DNA of 64,000 bases from Mizuhopecten yessoensis (taxonomy: Eukaryota). The notes under the pieces are model-generated. The model was not told where the DNA came from, searched no databases, and saw nothing but the letters and a program-made list of their open reading frames with translations. The DNA is taken from positions 709,018 through 773,017 of the forward strand of contig NW_018407733.1 in assembly GCF_002113885.1 (NCBI RefSeq). Reading direction: 5' to 3'. Both the position numbers and the translations under genes were made by a program. The first letter of the stretch is position 1. Each line of letters begins with the position of its first letter. Positions 25,201 to 38,114 of this stretch are shown in pieces.

Positions 25201-28200
25201 CCCTACCAAAATTATTTTTCAGGAAATGCCTGAAAAGTTATTGAACTACAGAATATTCCTTTATACAGATGCTATGAGCCCTAAAAAAGTCGTGTCTCAT
25301 GGTAATGAGCCAGTGGAGTCGAGTTCCCTGGAGGTGACGGACATCATAGAGGATGTCATAGGGAACAGGCACTTACCCATCCCCTTTAAAGTCATACCAT
25401 ACGACCACCGGAGGCCAAAGTGTGTCCCTAAACTGGACCTGACAGGATTGGCGTCCGAGTCTGATATTGACGTCGCCAAGATATCTGGCTATGACATATC
25501 ATGGCTATTTCCTGGTCCTAACACTGGCAACGACGCAAGTGTGATGTCACATAAACGGTCATCTCAGCATCATGGTAAATTAGTTTTAATTAAAAGTAGA
25601 ATTCAATATTAAGAATTTACTTAAACATGTATCATTTAGATAATCATGTATAAATGTCGAGGTTTAATTAATAACACATTTGCTTAAGTGGTTATGTTGG
25701 TTTTCAGGTCCACTCATACCTATAGAGAGGGGCCGCATTTAAGTCCTATAAAAGAACACATCTTAAGAATAGGTTGTTTGTACATGTAACAATTGCATTA
25801 TTATACGAAATATGTTTTTCAATTTCCACACGATCAATTATGTGTTCTGTATCACATATTCAGAGATCTTTCAGTCAAGAGGATCGGATATGTCAGCTGA
25901 GAATCCTATAGGAGAACGTGATTCATCATTAGCTAACACAAACTTCCCAAAAGACAAGGGCAGCAATCTGAACATCCCCTTCAAGAGAGTTTCCTCTTCT
26001 GACCAGGATAGACCGAACGGCGTTTCAAAGTTACAGCAGGACAGGCCGGATCCTGTATTCAATCTAGATCCGAGAGGCATGGTATCCGACTTCGACATTA
26101 ACATTGGCCGGTTTGACAAGAACACTGAACCAGAATTAGTGGCCGACGTCGAAGCACAGAGATATGCCGATTATATAGAATATTGTAAAGCTACCATACA
26201 CCTGTGTAGTGTCATCATAGAGAAATGCGCCGACAAAATTGGCAATTCTTGGCAAGGTAAATTTAGATTAGTTGAGATATGTTTTTAATTTTTAAAACGT
26301 CAAACTTTCGATTCACTTAAAATACAACGTTCTTATATACATGAAAGAGTATCCGTATGAATAACAATCAATGTCAAAAAGGTTATTTGTAGAAATGTAT
26401 AATCTTCACCATCAATTTACAGTGGCTCAGGTCCCTAAAGAAGTCGTGTCTCATGGTAATGAGCTAGTGGAGTCACATTCCCTGGAGGTGACGGACATCA
26501 TAGAGGACGTCATAGGGAACAGACACTTACCCATCCCATTTAAAGTCGTACCATACGGCCACCGGAGGCCAAAGTGTGTCCCCAAACTGGACCTGACAGG
26601 ATTGGCGTCCGAGTCTGATATTGACGTCGCCAAAATATCTGGCTATGACATATCATGGCTATTTCCTGATCCTAACACTGGCAACGACGCCACTGGGAAG
26701 CAGCATAAACGTAAACCATGTAAGCTTACTCCCTTCTGAAACTTATTTGAGTCGACCTAACAACTGGTTAGGATTTTATAATGATATAATTGGCTAACAA
26801 CAAGTTTCATGTCTTTTTGAATGTTATTCACTCTTTAAATGTTTAAACTAAAATAGCGCATGTAGGAATATGAGGCATAGTATCAGGTATGGAATCCGGG
26901 TATAACAATGTAAAAATGTTCAACAAGTGTTCGTCAATAGCGTTGCTATCGAACTTGTCATGAACAACCTGCGACAGTTTTGTTTTAAATATCGGGTACT
27001 GACTCATAGAGATCCTGATATTGTTTGTGATCATCCTTGCCATCCTTTCCGAAATAAAAACATAGTTTGGATGTAGATGAGCATTATGCAACACAAACAT
27101 ACACATTAAACCCAGTATCACATAAAACGTTTTGAAATTGTCTATTAACATCTGAAAAACGCATAATTACACATAGAATATCAAATATCCTTAAGCAATG
27201 TAGAATAAAAATCTGATGTATGATGTATTGATAATACATGTATGATGATATACAAAATTCATTGCGTTTTCAGCAGATTTGAAGAATTCCTCTATCAAAA
27301 TAAATAGTGCTAACAAGGAAAGGAACAGGTATATGACATCACCAAACAAAGGAAATATAAAGCGTGCCCGTGTCCACTTTAGGGACGTAGACAGCGTGAT
27401 ATCCGACCATTACCTTGATGACCGGGACGATGTCCCCTGTATAGATCTGAGTCAGGAAGTCTCTAGTATCCGACCGGTCAAGGAAGGACATATTGTAAAA
27501 GGTAGCATTATCTTCATTTACAAAAGAATAATTATGTGCATAAATCCTTATATTATTTTTCTGCTCGTTTATCACCAATTCCATATCAAGCCTACCCTGA
27601 TATATGTATCAAGACTTTGTTATGACATAAAGTTACTGACAAATAGTGTATTATTACCAGATTTTACTGCATGAACAAAAAACGTATTGAAGTAATTGAT
27701 TATCTTTTACATTTTCAGTAATCATAATTATGATAACGTGGTTATGCTATTATTTGATTAAACCATATTTCATTTTTGACTTTTAAACTAATAAAATGAC
27801 AATAAATATAGCTCTTTTTTTACTTGAACAATATTAAACTTAAATACTTGCAACACACACATTTGATTTCAGAATTTCTAAGCTCTGACGACGAATCCCC
27901 ACGGGACACAACTCTGGATTGCGCCCCAGAATTGCCTTACGCAGGACTCGAAAAAGAAGATTTGATGAACGACTTACCTCGGGGATCAAAGTTGGAAGAA
28001 TCTGAATTTGTTGACGATGATGTAGGACATTTGAACCTTAACATGTCGGCAATTACCATACCTGGCCACGGTCACCAAACCAGAAAAAATCCTTACAAAA
28101 AGGAGATTTGTTTTCAAGGTAATGGTTTTATCTTTACATAACTAACGAACTATCTAGCTAAACTCGACTACTTGCATCTCAGGATAGGTTTTCTTTCCTT

Positions 28201-28649
28201 TCCTCAACTTTTGTGAAACTGTTGAAGGTATTGTTATTTCTTTATAATACGGGTATACTCGTAACATATTTTACGTGTCAACGCATGAATATGGTTTCAA
28301 TTAATATTACTTGTATCATTACTTGAAATTCATTGCATTACTATGTCAAAACAACATCTCAATACATTTAAGTTACTTTATTATATGTCGGTTTACATCA
28401 CCGTGATGAATTACTAGAAAGTTTACCGCCCTCATATGATCCTGGCTGTTGCGAGGACGCTAAACCCCAAACAAACAAAAAATAGTATATTAAATTACAC
28501 AATGTCTTCTATTAAAAAAATTATGAATACAATTATTATTTGAACATTTTATATTAACAATATCAAATGAATTCTCTCTTCTTTCAGACAGGACATGGTA
28601 CCAAATTTACAGGGATCCTGGTGATGTTAACGTCAAATCGAGATATTAG
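22261..28649 (+). CDS. Uncharacterised ~1,120-1,140 aa protein built from triplicated exon modules (acidic, probably disordered)
   Basis: Exons: 22261-22882, A1 23101-23448, B1 23575-23703, C1 23888-24193, A2 24446-24805, B2 24941-25018 (or 25069), C2 25269-25574, A3 25864-26256, C3 26423-26719, D 27274/27277-27501, E 27873-28118, F 28588-28649 (TAG). All internal exons are phase 1-1 and open. AATAAA at 28785-28790. Upstream exons at ~20260-20312 and ~20492-20592 are 5'UTR or an N-terminal extension. No family recognised. Confidence 0.75.
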
Positions 28650-29984
28650 CCTCACCATGCCATCCTGGAAAGGACACGTCGTTGATGCATCCGTGACTTC
28701 TGTCATAATTCTATCGCTGTTCGATTCAAATATAGATTCCTTAATATATGGATATGAAAATATGACCGGAATGACTTTGTTTGCAATAAATGTACGCTTA
28801 TCAATAGTGTTTTTGCATTTTCATTTTTATCATCACACTTCAGGTTACTGATACTGAGGAGATTTTGAGAGATAGGCTTGACACAATTAATGATTACAAA
28901 TGCTGCTGTTATTGAGCGTTTTCATACGTTATTAGAACTAACATTTACATCCTCCCACTAAAATAGGGAAGTTGTAGATGGAATTTACGAAAGTCTGCAT
29001 TCGATAAACGGATTGAAAGCTATTGCAATGAACCTAATCGGAAAATACAACACGATAGTAACCGGTACCAAAGTGTTAACACAACCATTCTTCGAACTCA
29101 AAATTTACCATAAAACTAGGGGAGAATGTGGAGAAAGAAAATATTTATACGGAAACCTTTAAAAAGGTACAAGGAGAATAAGACCATGGGTTACGGAAGG
29201 GTAAGCGTCTTCTGTTTCATCGGCGACACCCGCCTTGTCCATCTTAAAAAGTCCTATAATCACAAACATTTGAGCCTGTTTGAGTAAACAGTGAGACCAA
29301 CCTGAATGCCTTTTTTATAATCGTGAAATTTGCAATAATGAACTGATTCATTGCCAGGATCGTAGAGTCTGACAATACCGCTATATCTAAATAGATACAC
29401 AACCCGAATAGCAATGATTGTTTTCATTATTGTCATTAACTTTTGCATCAGGTATATGTGGAAAAGCTGAATTAATACGAACTTGGAAGACTACAAATAA
29501 AGATAAGAGACGCTCTGCGTGAATCAAAGGATGACACAATTGGTTCGCGTGGTTAATTTTTAGAACAATAAACAGTTCAACAGCGGTTCAACGATTAATT
29601 TCATATATATCGAACCACATGTATCAATAACGTATAACTCGACTAGGTTAAAGCATACAAATCTCTCGACCGAAAACCAATATTATCAAAATGAAATGCT
29701 CAAGAAAACAAAGAACAACGGGGTTTATTTGTGAAGCAAAGTCAGTTTCTGTTATGCTGTAGGAATACCAATCTCTAGACAATTACGATATTTGAAAGTA
29801 TCATCAATATACCAAAGGAATTGAATAGGCATTATGTATTATAAATGCATTGTACGCATAAAATGAGTTTTAATTTATAAGAAATCAGAAAAGAAATGTG
29901 TGTTTTCAAATATAAACTTGATTTATTTCATAACAATTATGAACAATTTAATACAACTTACATAAATCACTCTTGCCGGCCATA

Positions 29985-30065
29985 TGTAAGCATGCAGAGG
30001 ATCTTACTGTGGGAGGAAAGCGGAGTACACGGAGAGAACGCACGTGGTTGGACAGGTGACACAAT
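29985..30065 (-). mobile_element. V-domain SINE remnant
   Basis: GTGGGAGGAAAGCGGAGTACACGGAGAGAACGCAC resembles the reverse complement of the V-SINE core (GTGGGTTTTCTCCGGGTACTCCGGTTTCCTCCCAC). Confidence 0.5.
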
Positions 30066-31364
30066 ACGAGTGCGTCCACTTGGCCGTATGACAACTCATA
30101 AAATTCCTAATTAAAAAGACAGACAAAACATGTGCAAAAAGGACATTGGAGCCTGAATTTGATGGATTGGATTCTCACAAAAACAAATTAATAAATCTTC
30201 AATACTTTAAGAAACAGTACACTTGGGTGCCATATCCAGTACACTTGGGTGCCATCTATAGAATCATTAAATACAGATGATGTTCGTTGTTAATTTGTAC
30301 ATTGAATGTTATCTTAGATATTAATAGATATATTCAATGTTCTCTCTCATTCACTAAACTGCATTACTCATCGAGAGAGAGCATCCATCAACTTTCGTTT
30401 CATGCTTCGTTAAATAAAACAACTACTGAATACAAAGCCTATAGAGTATGTAGGTTGATAGGAGCACACCAGTAATTAACAGGAGCACACCAGCACTTAG
30501 CTAAATTGTAATTAAAATATTATCATAGTTACATACATTAAACACAAAGATTACTCCGTCAATGTTTTGAAATTCAGTCTGTAAATGCGATCCATTTTAA
30601 TTCCCATTAGGTTATCTCGTAGGAAGATCTCCGTCTATACATCGATACCGTTAAAGTCCATGAACTAATTTTCCGAATGGACTTGTGCCTGGCGACAGCT
30701 AGTTCATTATACCTGTGTGTACTGGCCAGTGTTAGCAGTACACCGACACACGACAAACGACACGGTGGCGATCAGTTCATGAAAAAAGTAACAACACCTT
30801 CAAAATGAACACACAGGTAAGACCCTTCGGATAGTACGAATTACTCTCTTTACACTCTTCGTTGGAATTTGTAAATATTGAAATATACGAATTGCTATTA
30901 TAAGGTATATATTTATTATTTCTTTGCTTAAAATGAGTTCCCGATACCAGTCATTGAAGTAACGTGCCAAGATAAGGGCTTATCGACCGAGGAACAATAA
31001 GTATTGTATTAAATCAGTGATCGTTTACCCCTTGCTTGGTATTTCTGTGTGCAGTAGAACCCTTCCATTAGGTGTGACGAATCGACCTTTGTTTGGATAG
31101 AATGTTATCTTACTTCGTAACAGATAAACAAATTAATTTGTGCGATAAATCAATCACAGCTTTTACCTGGGAAATTCAATCGAAAATTGCAAACGTACTC
31201 TGAAACACTAGTAGAGCGTTTGTGTTGCCGAAAACTCCTCCGTAGCACTTTCTGACGTAAATCCACTACCGCATTGCTAACAAGCAGCTTTTCACCTAAG
31301 GTGGCACTCCTGTACCACATGTTTGTATCAATAAGTAGTAATAGGTATGAAGTTGACACTTAGG

Positions 31365-33060
31365 TAATAGTTTTCCTGTATGTTAGGGTCATAAGGTGAT
31401 ATTTTTCAGGTTTCCAGGAGGCAGTAAGGTGACAGTTCCTGTATATTAGGGTCATAAGGTGATATTTTTCCTGTATATCAGGGTCATAATGTGATATTTT
31501 TTTCAGGTTTCAAGGAGGCAGTAAGGTGACAGTTCCTGTATACTTCAGGCAGTAATTTTCCCTGTATACTGGTGGCAGTTTCACTGTATACTGTTGACAG
31601 TAGGGTGACCAATTTATTGTATACTGGCGACAGTAAGGTGACAGTTCTACTGTATACTGGCGACAGTAAGGTGACAGTTCTACTGTATACTGGCAACAGT
31701 AAGGTTACAGGTTTACTGTATACTGGCGACAGTAAGGTGACAGTTCTTCTGTATACTGGCAACAGTAAGGTTACAGGTTTACTGTATACTGGCAACAGTA
31801 AGGTTACAGTTCTACTGTATACTGGCAACCGTAAGGTTACAGGTTTACTGTATACTGACGACAGTAAGGTGACTGGTTTACTGTATACTGGCGACAGTAA
31901 GGTGACAGTTCTACTGTATACTGGCAACAGTAAGGTTACATGTTTACTGTATACATGCGATAGTAAGGTTACAGGTTTACTGTATACATGCGATAGTAAG
32001 GTGACAGTTTTACTGTACATTGTATAATGGCGACTTTAAGATGATGGTTTTGCCGTATAATGACGACAGGAAGGTTGCAGTTTTACTACAAATACCGACG
32101 ACAGTAAAGTGATAGTTTTTATGTAAGGTGACAGACAGTTTCAGTAATGTTACATGTTAACTGTATAATGACAACAGTAAGGTTGCAGTTTAACTGTATA
32201 GTAGCGACAGTAAGGTGACAGTTTTACTGTTTCTCCTACTTCTAAATGGTACTGACCAACTTCAACAATTTGAAGATAAAATTTCAGACGAGGAGTGAAA
32301 CATGGAAAGAGATTGTTTTTAAAAGATACGAGATGGTCTAATTTGTGTTTGAAAAGTGACGGTAGAGGGCTGATTTGAAAAATTCCGTTGTGGGGCTCGA
32401 ATTAATGTCAGGTGGGAGTTTATTCCACTCGGGTATAGTTCGAGGGGAAAATTATGCCTTTCTGGTCTGGGTTTTTGAGTGGGGAATTTGATACGAAAAC
32501 TGGTGGTTTGTTCGGGATTTTCTAACTGTAGGGATCAATCTGTCTGATTTAACGATAGCGACTTTCTGGTTTACAATGTTATGAAGCAAGGTCAGACGAG
32601 CATCTCTACGTCTATCCGCTAGAGGGCGCAGCTTTAGGTGGTGCAACATTTCTGAAACACTGGAGGTACGATGGTTGTACCTGTGCCCACTGAGCACATA
32701 GCTCGCTGCCCCTCGCTGGACCATCTCCAACTTGTCAACACCTGTTACTATACAGGCGCCAGTAACGTTGCAGTTGTACTGTATACAGGCGACAGTAAGG
32801 TTACAGGTTTACTGTATACATGCGCCAGTAAGATTAAAGTTTTCCTGTATATTCTGGCCTAAATAAGGTGACAGCTTTCCTGTATATTCTGGCGACAGAA
32901 AGGTGACAATTTTACTGTAAACTGACGACAGTAAGGTGACAGTTTTACAGTATACAGGCGACAGTAAGGTTAAAGGTTTACTGTAAACAGGCGCCAGTAA
33001 GGTGACAGTTTTTCTATATTTTTGTGACAATAATATGATAGTTTTCCTGCATACTTAACA
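31365..33060. repeat. 33-bp minisatellite (CTGTATACTGGCGACAGTAAGGTGACAGTTCTA) interrupted by a ~500-bp insert
   Basis: Tandem units at 31575-32230 and 32745-33050, with degenerate flanks. Confidence 0.9.
32440..32735 (-). mobile_element. LINE reverse-transcriptase ORF C-terminal remnant inside the 33-bp minisatellite
   Basis: ORF 32452-32730 EMVQRGAASYV...TSSVSEMLHHLKLRPLADRRRDARLTLLHNI matches the common VQRRAARFV..SSVT.ML..L....L..RR...RL motif of non-LTR elements. Confidence 0.75.
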
Positions 33061-33226
33061 TGGTAATTTTCTTGTCTTCAACGGACAGTAAGATTTCATT
33101 ATATTGGACACTGTCCTACCTACAATTAATCTGACCTTGTCCCACAATTACCCGCCTACACTTATAAATTATAATTTTCCAGTATACTGCGCTGCAGTTG
33201 ACCGTTTTATAGGGACAGTAAGATAA

Positions 33227-33451
33227 TACTGTAAGCCTACTTATTTTAGCGCAATTAAATCTTAATATCAAAGTTTAACTCGTTATCAAGTTTAACAGAT
33301 TATCGCATTTTAAAAAATTGGCGCACCCACACAATATACAGTAGAAAACAATAAACATTAACTTCAATTGGCAGATCATAATTTAGCGCAATACTTAAAG
33401 CGACAAAGGCGCTGAAATAAGACTACCGCTTAACTATGTATGTTTGCAGTA
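33227..33451. mobile_element. TA-flanked MITE
   Basis: Imperfect terminal inverted repeats TACTGTAAGCCTAC / GTATGTTTGCAGTA (11/14). Confidence 0.45.
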
Positions 33452-36400
33452 TGTTTTCCTTTATATTCTGGACAGTCAGTACGACCAAAAGGATTCTCTT
33501 TAATAAATGCATAGATCTGCGCAGTAAATGTTTTCCTTTATGTTTTGATTCGTGTAGTTTGAGTATCAAATATCACGGGAGACGTATTGTGTTTAAGAAT
33601 AGGAACACGTATGTTTATAAATCATCTTCAGAAACATAAATATTTAATACAATGGAAACGTATTTCTATTGTCGATCTGGCGTCATAAAATAGCAATTTG
33701 TATGAAACTTTACATTCGTAACTTTCGCGTCCTTTACAGTAGCCGACACTGCAACATAAACTATATGTAAACCACCCGGTACTATAAACATCTATCTGGC
33801 ACACATACCGGACAGCGTACATTAATCATTTGGTTGAACTCTTTTAAAAAAGCAGCACACCGATAGTCTGCAAAGTAAGCAACGCCTATTTAGCAATGGA
33901 AACACTAAATAACTGATGATTATTGATGGGGATTAGAAGACACGTAGAGTAGATTTATAGTCTATTTTAAAATAAGTACAATAACATCGACAGGAGTACG
34001 GCTTAAATTATTTATATTATCAGATTTATGAAATGATGGCGACCGAATGTTATATACAATAAAATTTCGATACAATGACCTTTGTTTCATTTGTCAAATC
34101 AATATTTCCTTGACCAATTGTGTCTAAATGATTACCTTGAACGTACATCAATATTTCCTTGACCAATTGTGTCTAAATGATTCCCTTAAGTATCCCTCGA
34201 GCTATCACCAACCCCTTTATAACGCAAACGTTTCGCTGGAAAAAATATTTAGATATTCATAAATTATTTTTACCAAGTAGAAGCAAACCTTATTCACTAA
34301 TGGTTTCAGACACACAAGCACATGTGCCGCTGGACACCCATGTTTTAAGGTATATCCGTGAATATGACGGTCGTTTCAACTAATACAAGAACAGCTTATA
34401 TCAGAAACTAAACACACAAACACAGGTGCCTTACGATTATAATCCTATGACGTCAATGTTTAAGGTGGAGCGGCTTATTAGGAGAACGAAGGTTAATCGT
34501 GTACTTGAGTGTACTTACTTTGATTTGTATAGAAATATACAGGCAGTGGCTAGCGGATTACCTGTCCTATTCCTGACGGTGGTATGTCTTACATCTGATC
34601 GGTAAGATACAAATGCAATTGTAATCGCTTTTTTCTTATTTATTGTTCCACCTTTGATGGTTGGAAGGGTAGTACAAGCAGTCCTGTGACAAGTAGGTCA
34701 TATTGTTTTAAGGATTTCTGATGTATTTCCTCTTATTTTGATCTTTCCTCGATTCCTTTGACTGTCTTTGCTTAAGAGGGCATGCTTTTTTTTATTTTAC
34801 ACCTATTCTATATTCGATCAAGAAGGCGCTTGCCCACCCGGAACATCTGGTCTTGTTCTCCTTGTACATTTTCAATGGTTTCCATTTAGTATTATTTTTG
34901 CCCTAGTTTTATCATTTTTTGTTTTTGAATTACGGTGTTGTTGACGCCAAGGTATTCTATTGTTGTTTTATTGTATCATATCTGAGGTTTTTACTTGTGT
35001 TTACTCTCAGATATATTTGTTCCCCACTTTACATGTATATAGAAAAAATATTTGTATACGATTGGTATCGCTTATACATACTGAACGATAGATTTGGAAT
35101 CAGTTTCTAAAGCTTTATCAAGTACGATATTGACCATGAAATATATCTCCCTTCTGAAACACATAGGATGTAACAAATTATCTAAATTAATGTATACCCA
35201 TTGAGCATTTGCATTGGTTTTATGTCTTTTTAAATTGTAATTAACGGATGTTCTATATCAATTCGTGAACGCTCATACAATTTTGCTGGTGATTCTTAAA
35301 GGCGTTCTCTTGATTAGTAACCATATCAAGCATATTTCATCGACCGATAGATTTTAAAAGTCTCCATTACCAAATTGAAATATTACTGAAAGTCACCGTG
35401 AAAGTAACAGTCACTATACTTGTGTTTATTACATTTACAAAGGTCAGCCAACGTTGACCTAGATTATTAGATCAATGCACTACATTCAGACCACGTCTTG
35501 ATGATAGATGTCACAATAAATGCTTTGTTTTAAATGTTTTAAGTGATTGAGGTTATGTTATTGTTCAAACGAGTGAAGATGAGAAAAACAAGTTTATTTT
35601 CTTCATTTTAAGTCCACAACAAACGTATTAAAGACAAATAGTTCTTATGTGACCTGTTCATTACTTATTTTATCATAAAGCATTTAACTTATTTAAGATT
35701 TTAACAATTAATGATTAATGATGTCGTCGTAATATTTTTTTTAAGAACGACATCCTGATATTTGCATCAATAACTTACAGTTTCAATTCATCGTTAAGAA
35801 ATCATTGTAAAACAAACTACCAAGTGATACACATGAATGACTTCAAATTCGTTACACGACAATGTTTCCGAAACAAACGCCTGTTACAACATTTGGTAAA
35901 ACAGTTGTCTTAACATGCACCGTGAGCCAAAATAGCCAAATAGATAAACTATTTGTGTTGTTTTGAAAGCTGACACTGGGATTGAAATGCATCATTTTCA
36001 ACATGATGATATAAAATTCATTTCCGTTCAAACATATTCCCATAATCCGAAGGTATCATACGAACCGTCATTATATACATTGGTAGATGTTCAAAAGATG
36101 CATTTTCAACTTAACATAGATTTTCCCGAAAGTGTATTAATAATATTAAGCACATCAGATGTGTCCACAATACCATGTGTTATTGTCAAAATGTATGTTC
36201 ATCGACATTTATAACCAATGTTTAATTAATACAAACACACAACGCGCTGCTTATCAAAGTATAATATTTCACCAATGCAGACTCCCCATGGTCAATACAT
36301 CGAATGAATCATATTTTGTAAAATATTATTAAGTGATTTTGTAATCATATATCATATATCGTTAGTTAACAATACGGTCTGCCCTAAGACCTGTACAAAG

Positions 36401-38114
36401 CATTTTATAAAAAGGCAGAACTAAATTTACAATGATGGTGGTAAAATGAGAAGCTAAATCTTCAAAGGTAGATCTAAATTCTTTCACGTGTTTCAAAAGG
36501 CCATACTATAGCATTACAGCGGTTTCCTACGGATTAAACACACAGTTATTGTGATTTAATATAAAGCAATAAGTTTGGATTAAAGTAAGCTATGTAGTTA
36601 TGTCTTTCTGTCCAGGCAGGTGGATATGTATATAACGAATTAGTAAGTCTAACAAAGCTGTATTGTCTCCGTCTTTTATTGTCACGGTCGGATTTATACC
36701 AGCCCGGTTTCCTCAAGGTCTAATCAGCGTAACGTGTTGTTAATATAAATTTTGAAAATCCGATTTTTATACTTGTATCTGAAAACTTAAAAATAATTTT
36801 GTCTTTCTTCTTTTTATAAATCATTATGAAATCTTAAACACACTACTTTAGACTTGCATTTCAGCATATTTCTTAAAATATACCAGATTAAAATTTAAGA
36901 AAATTGTAGTCTAAGCTAACCAGGCCTTAAACAAATTGGCCCATGATTTGCGTGTATTAAGCTTTATAAGCTTAATTATATCTTGTAAAATATAAAAAAA
37001 ATCCAAATTTAAAAAAATTAAAATATAGAAGGAGGAGTAGAATTATGTGTAGTAGATCTGTGGGTGATTATTTTGATCTCTTGACGTGTACATTTTAATA
37101 TCGGGTGTGATAATTATGAAAATATGACTAATTTAAATTCTATTTTTTGGGCATTAAGCTATAATGAAGGTAGGTATGACCGATTACAGAGCATTGATTT
37201 TAGTCCAACTAAGCTAGCACGAACATTTTGACGTTGTGGTGATAATAGAAATAGAAATACTTCCAAACAGTATTGATATAATTTTGAACCTGATACTTAG
37301 ACTGGATAGTATTCCGTATGCTTTCTCATCTAATTCAGCTCTATGGGGAGTATAAAACGGAACTGATTTTGTAGTTTCTTCATGTCATCAATTTTTAAAC
37401 GTAAGAATAGAAAAGAACTTGGTTCAATGAGAACAAAAGGACGAAATGTTGTGTAGGGGCCATAGGAATAATATGAACCTCCATGACAAATGTTGTGATA
37501 TATGGTGGAGGGAACTGTTTACTTTGTTTCACTTTCTGCATTAATGAAACACTTTATATCAGCTAGTTGTTTCCTTACTCAGTATTTCTAGTAGATATTT
37601 TACGTAACCTTGATTGATTAACAGTGTTGGTGGAAAAACAGTGTTGATTGACTCTGTTGGTGGGATAACAGTGTTGGTGGAATAACAGTGTTGATTGACT
37701 CTGTTGGTGGGATAACAGTGTTCGAATTCACTCTGGCATGGTTTACAAAGAGTTTGAATATGTCTGTTGTAGCAAAACGTTGTAAAAGCTTATCTAAAGG
37801 TGGATTTGTACCTTTTAGGCACTTTTACTTTACCATGTATTCTACGTGTGTTTTGGAAAAACTGAAATAATTAATAAGTCATAACTGGGCGAAAAGGCCA
37901 CAAGTTGCAGTAAAGTGTTAACGTTGTTTGACTTTATTTTTGTAGGAATTGTTTTATGTCTGATCTATCTGATCTATCTCCATAGTGAAAACTGCCACCT
38001 TAGCTGTTGTTAGGACGTTAAACAAATAAAACCAAACCAAACCTAAGAAATAGTTTTTCTCTTTTCAGATATCCTATAAATGATATGCATTGATTCGGAA
38101 GGAAAAAGTGAAAC

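Noticed and set aside
31484-32027. 178-aa and 151-aa repetitive ORFs on both strands
   Set aside because: Stop-free frames of a 33-bp minisatellite; no credible gene context.
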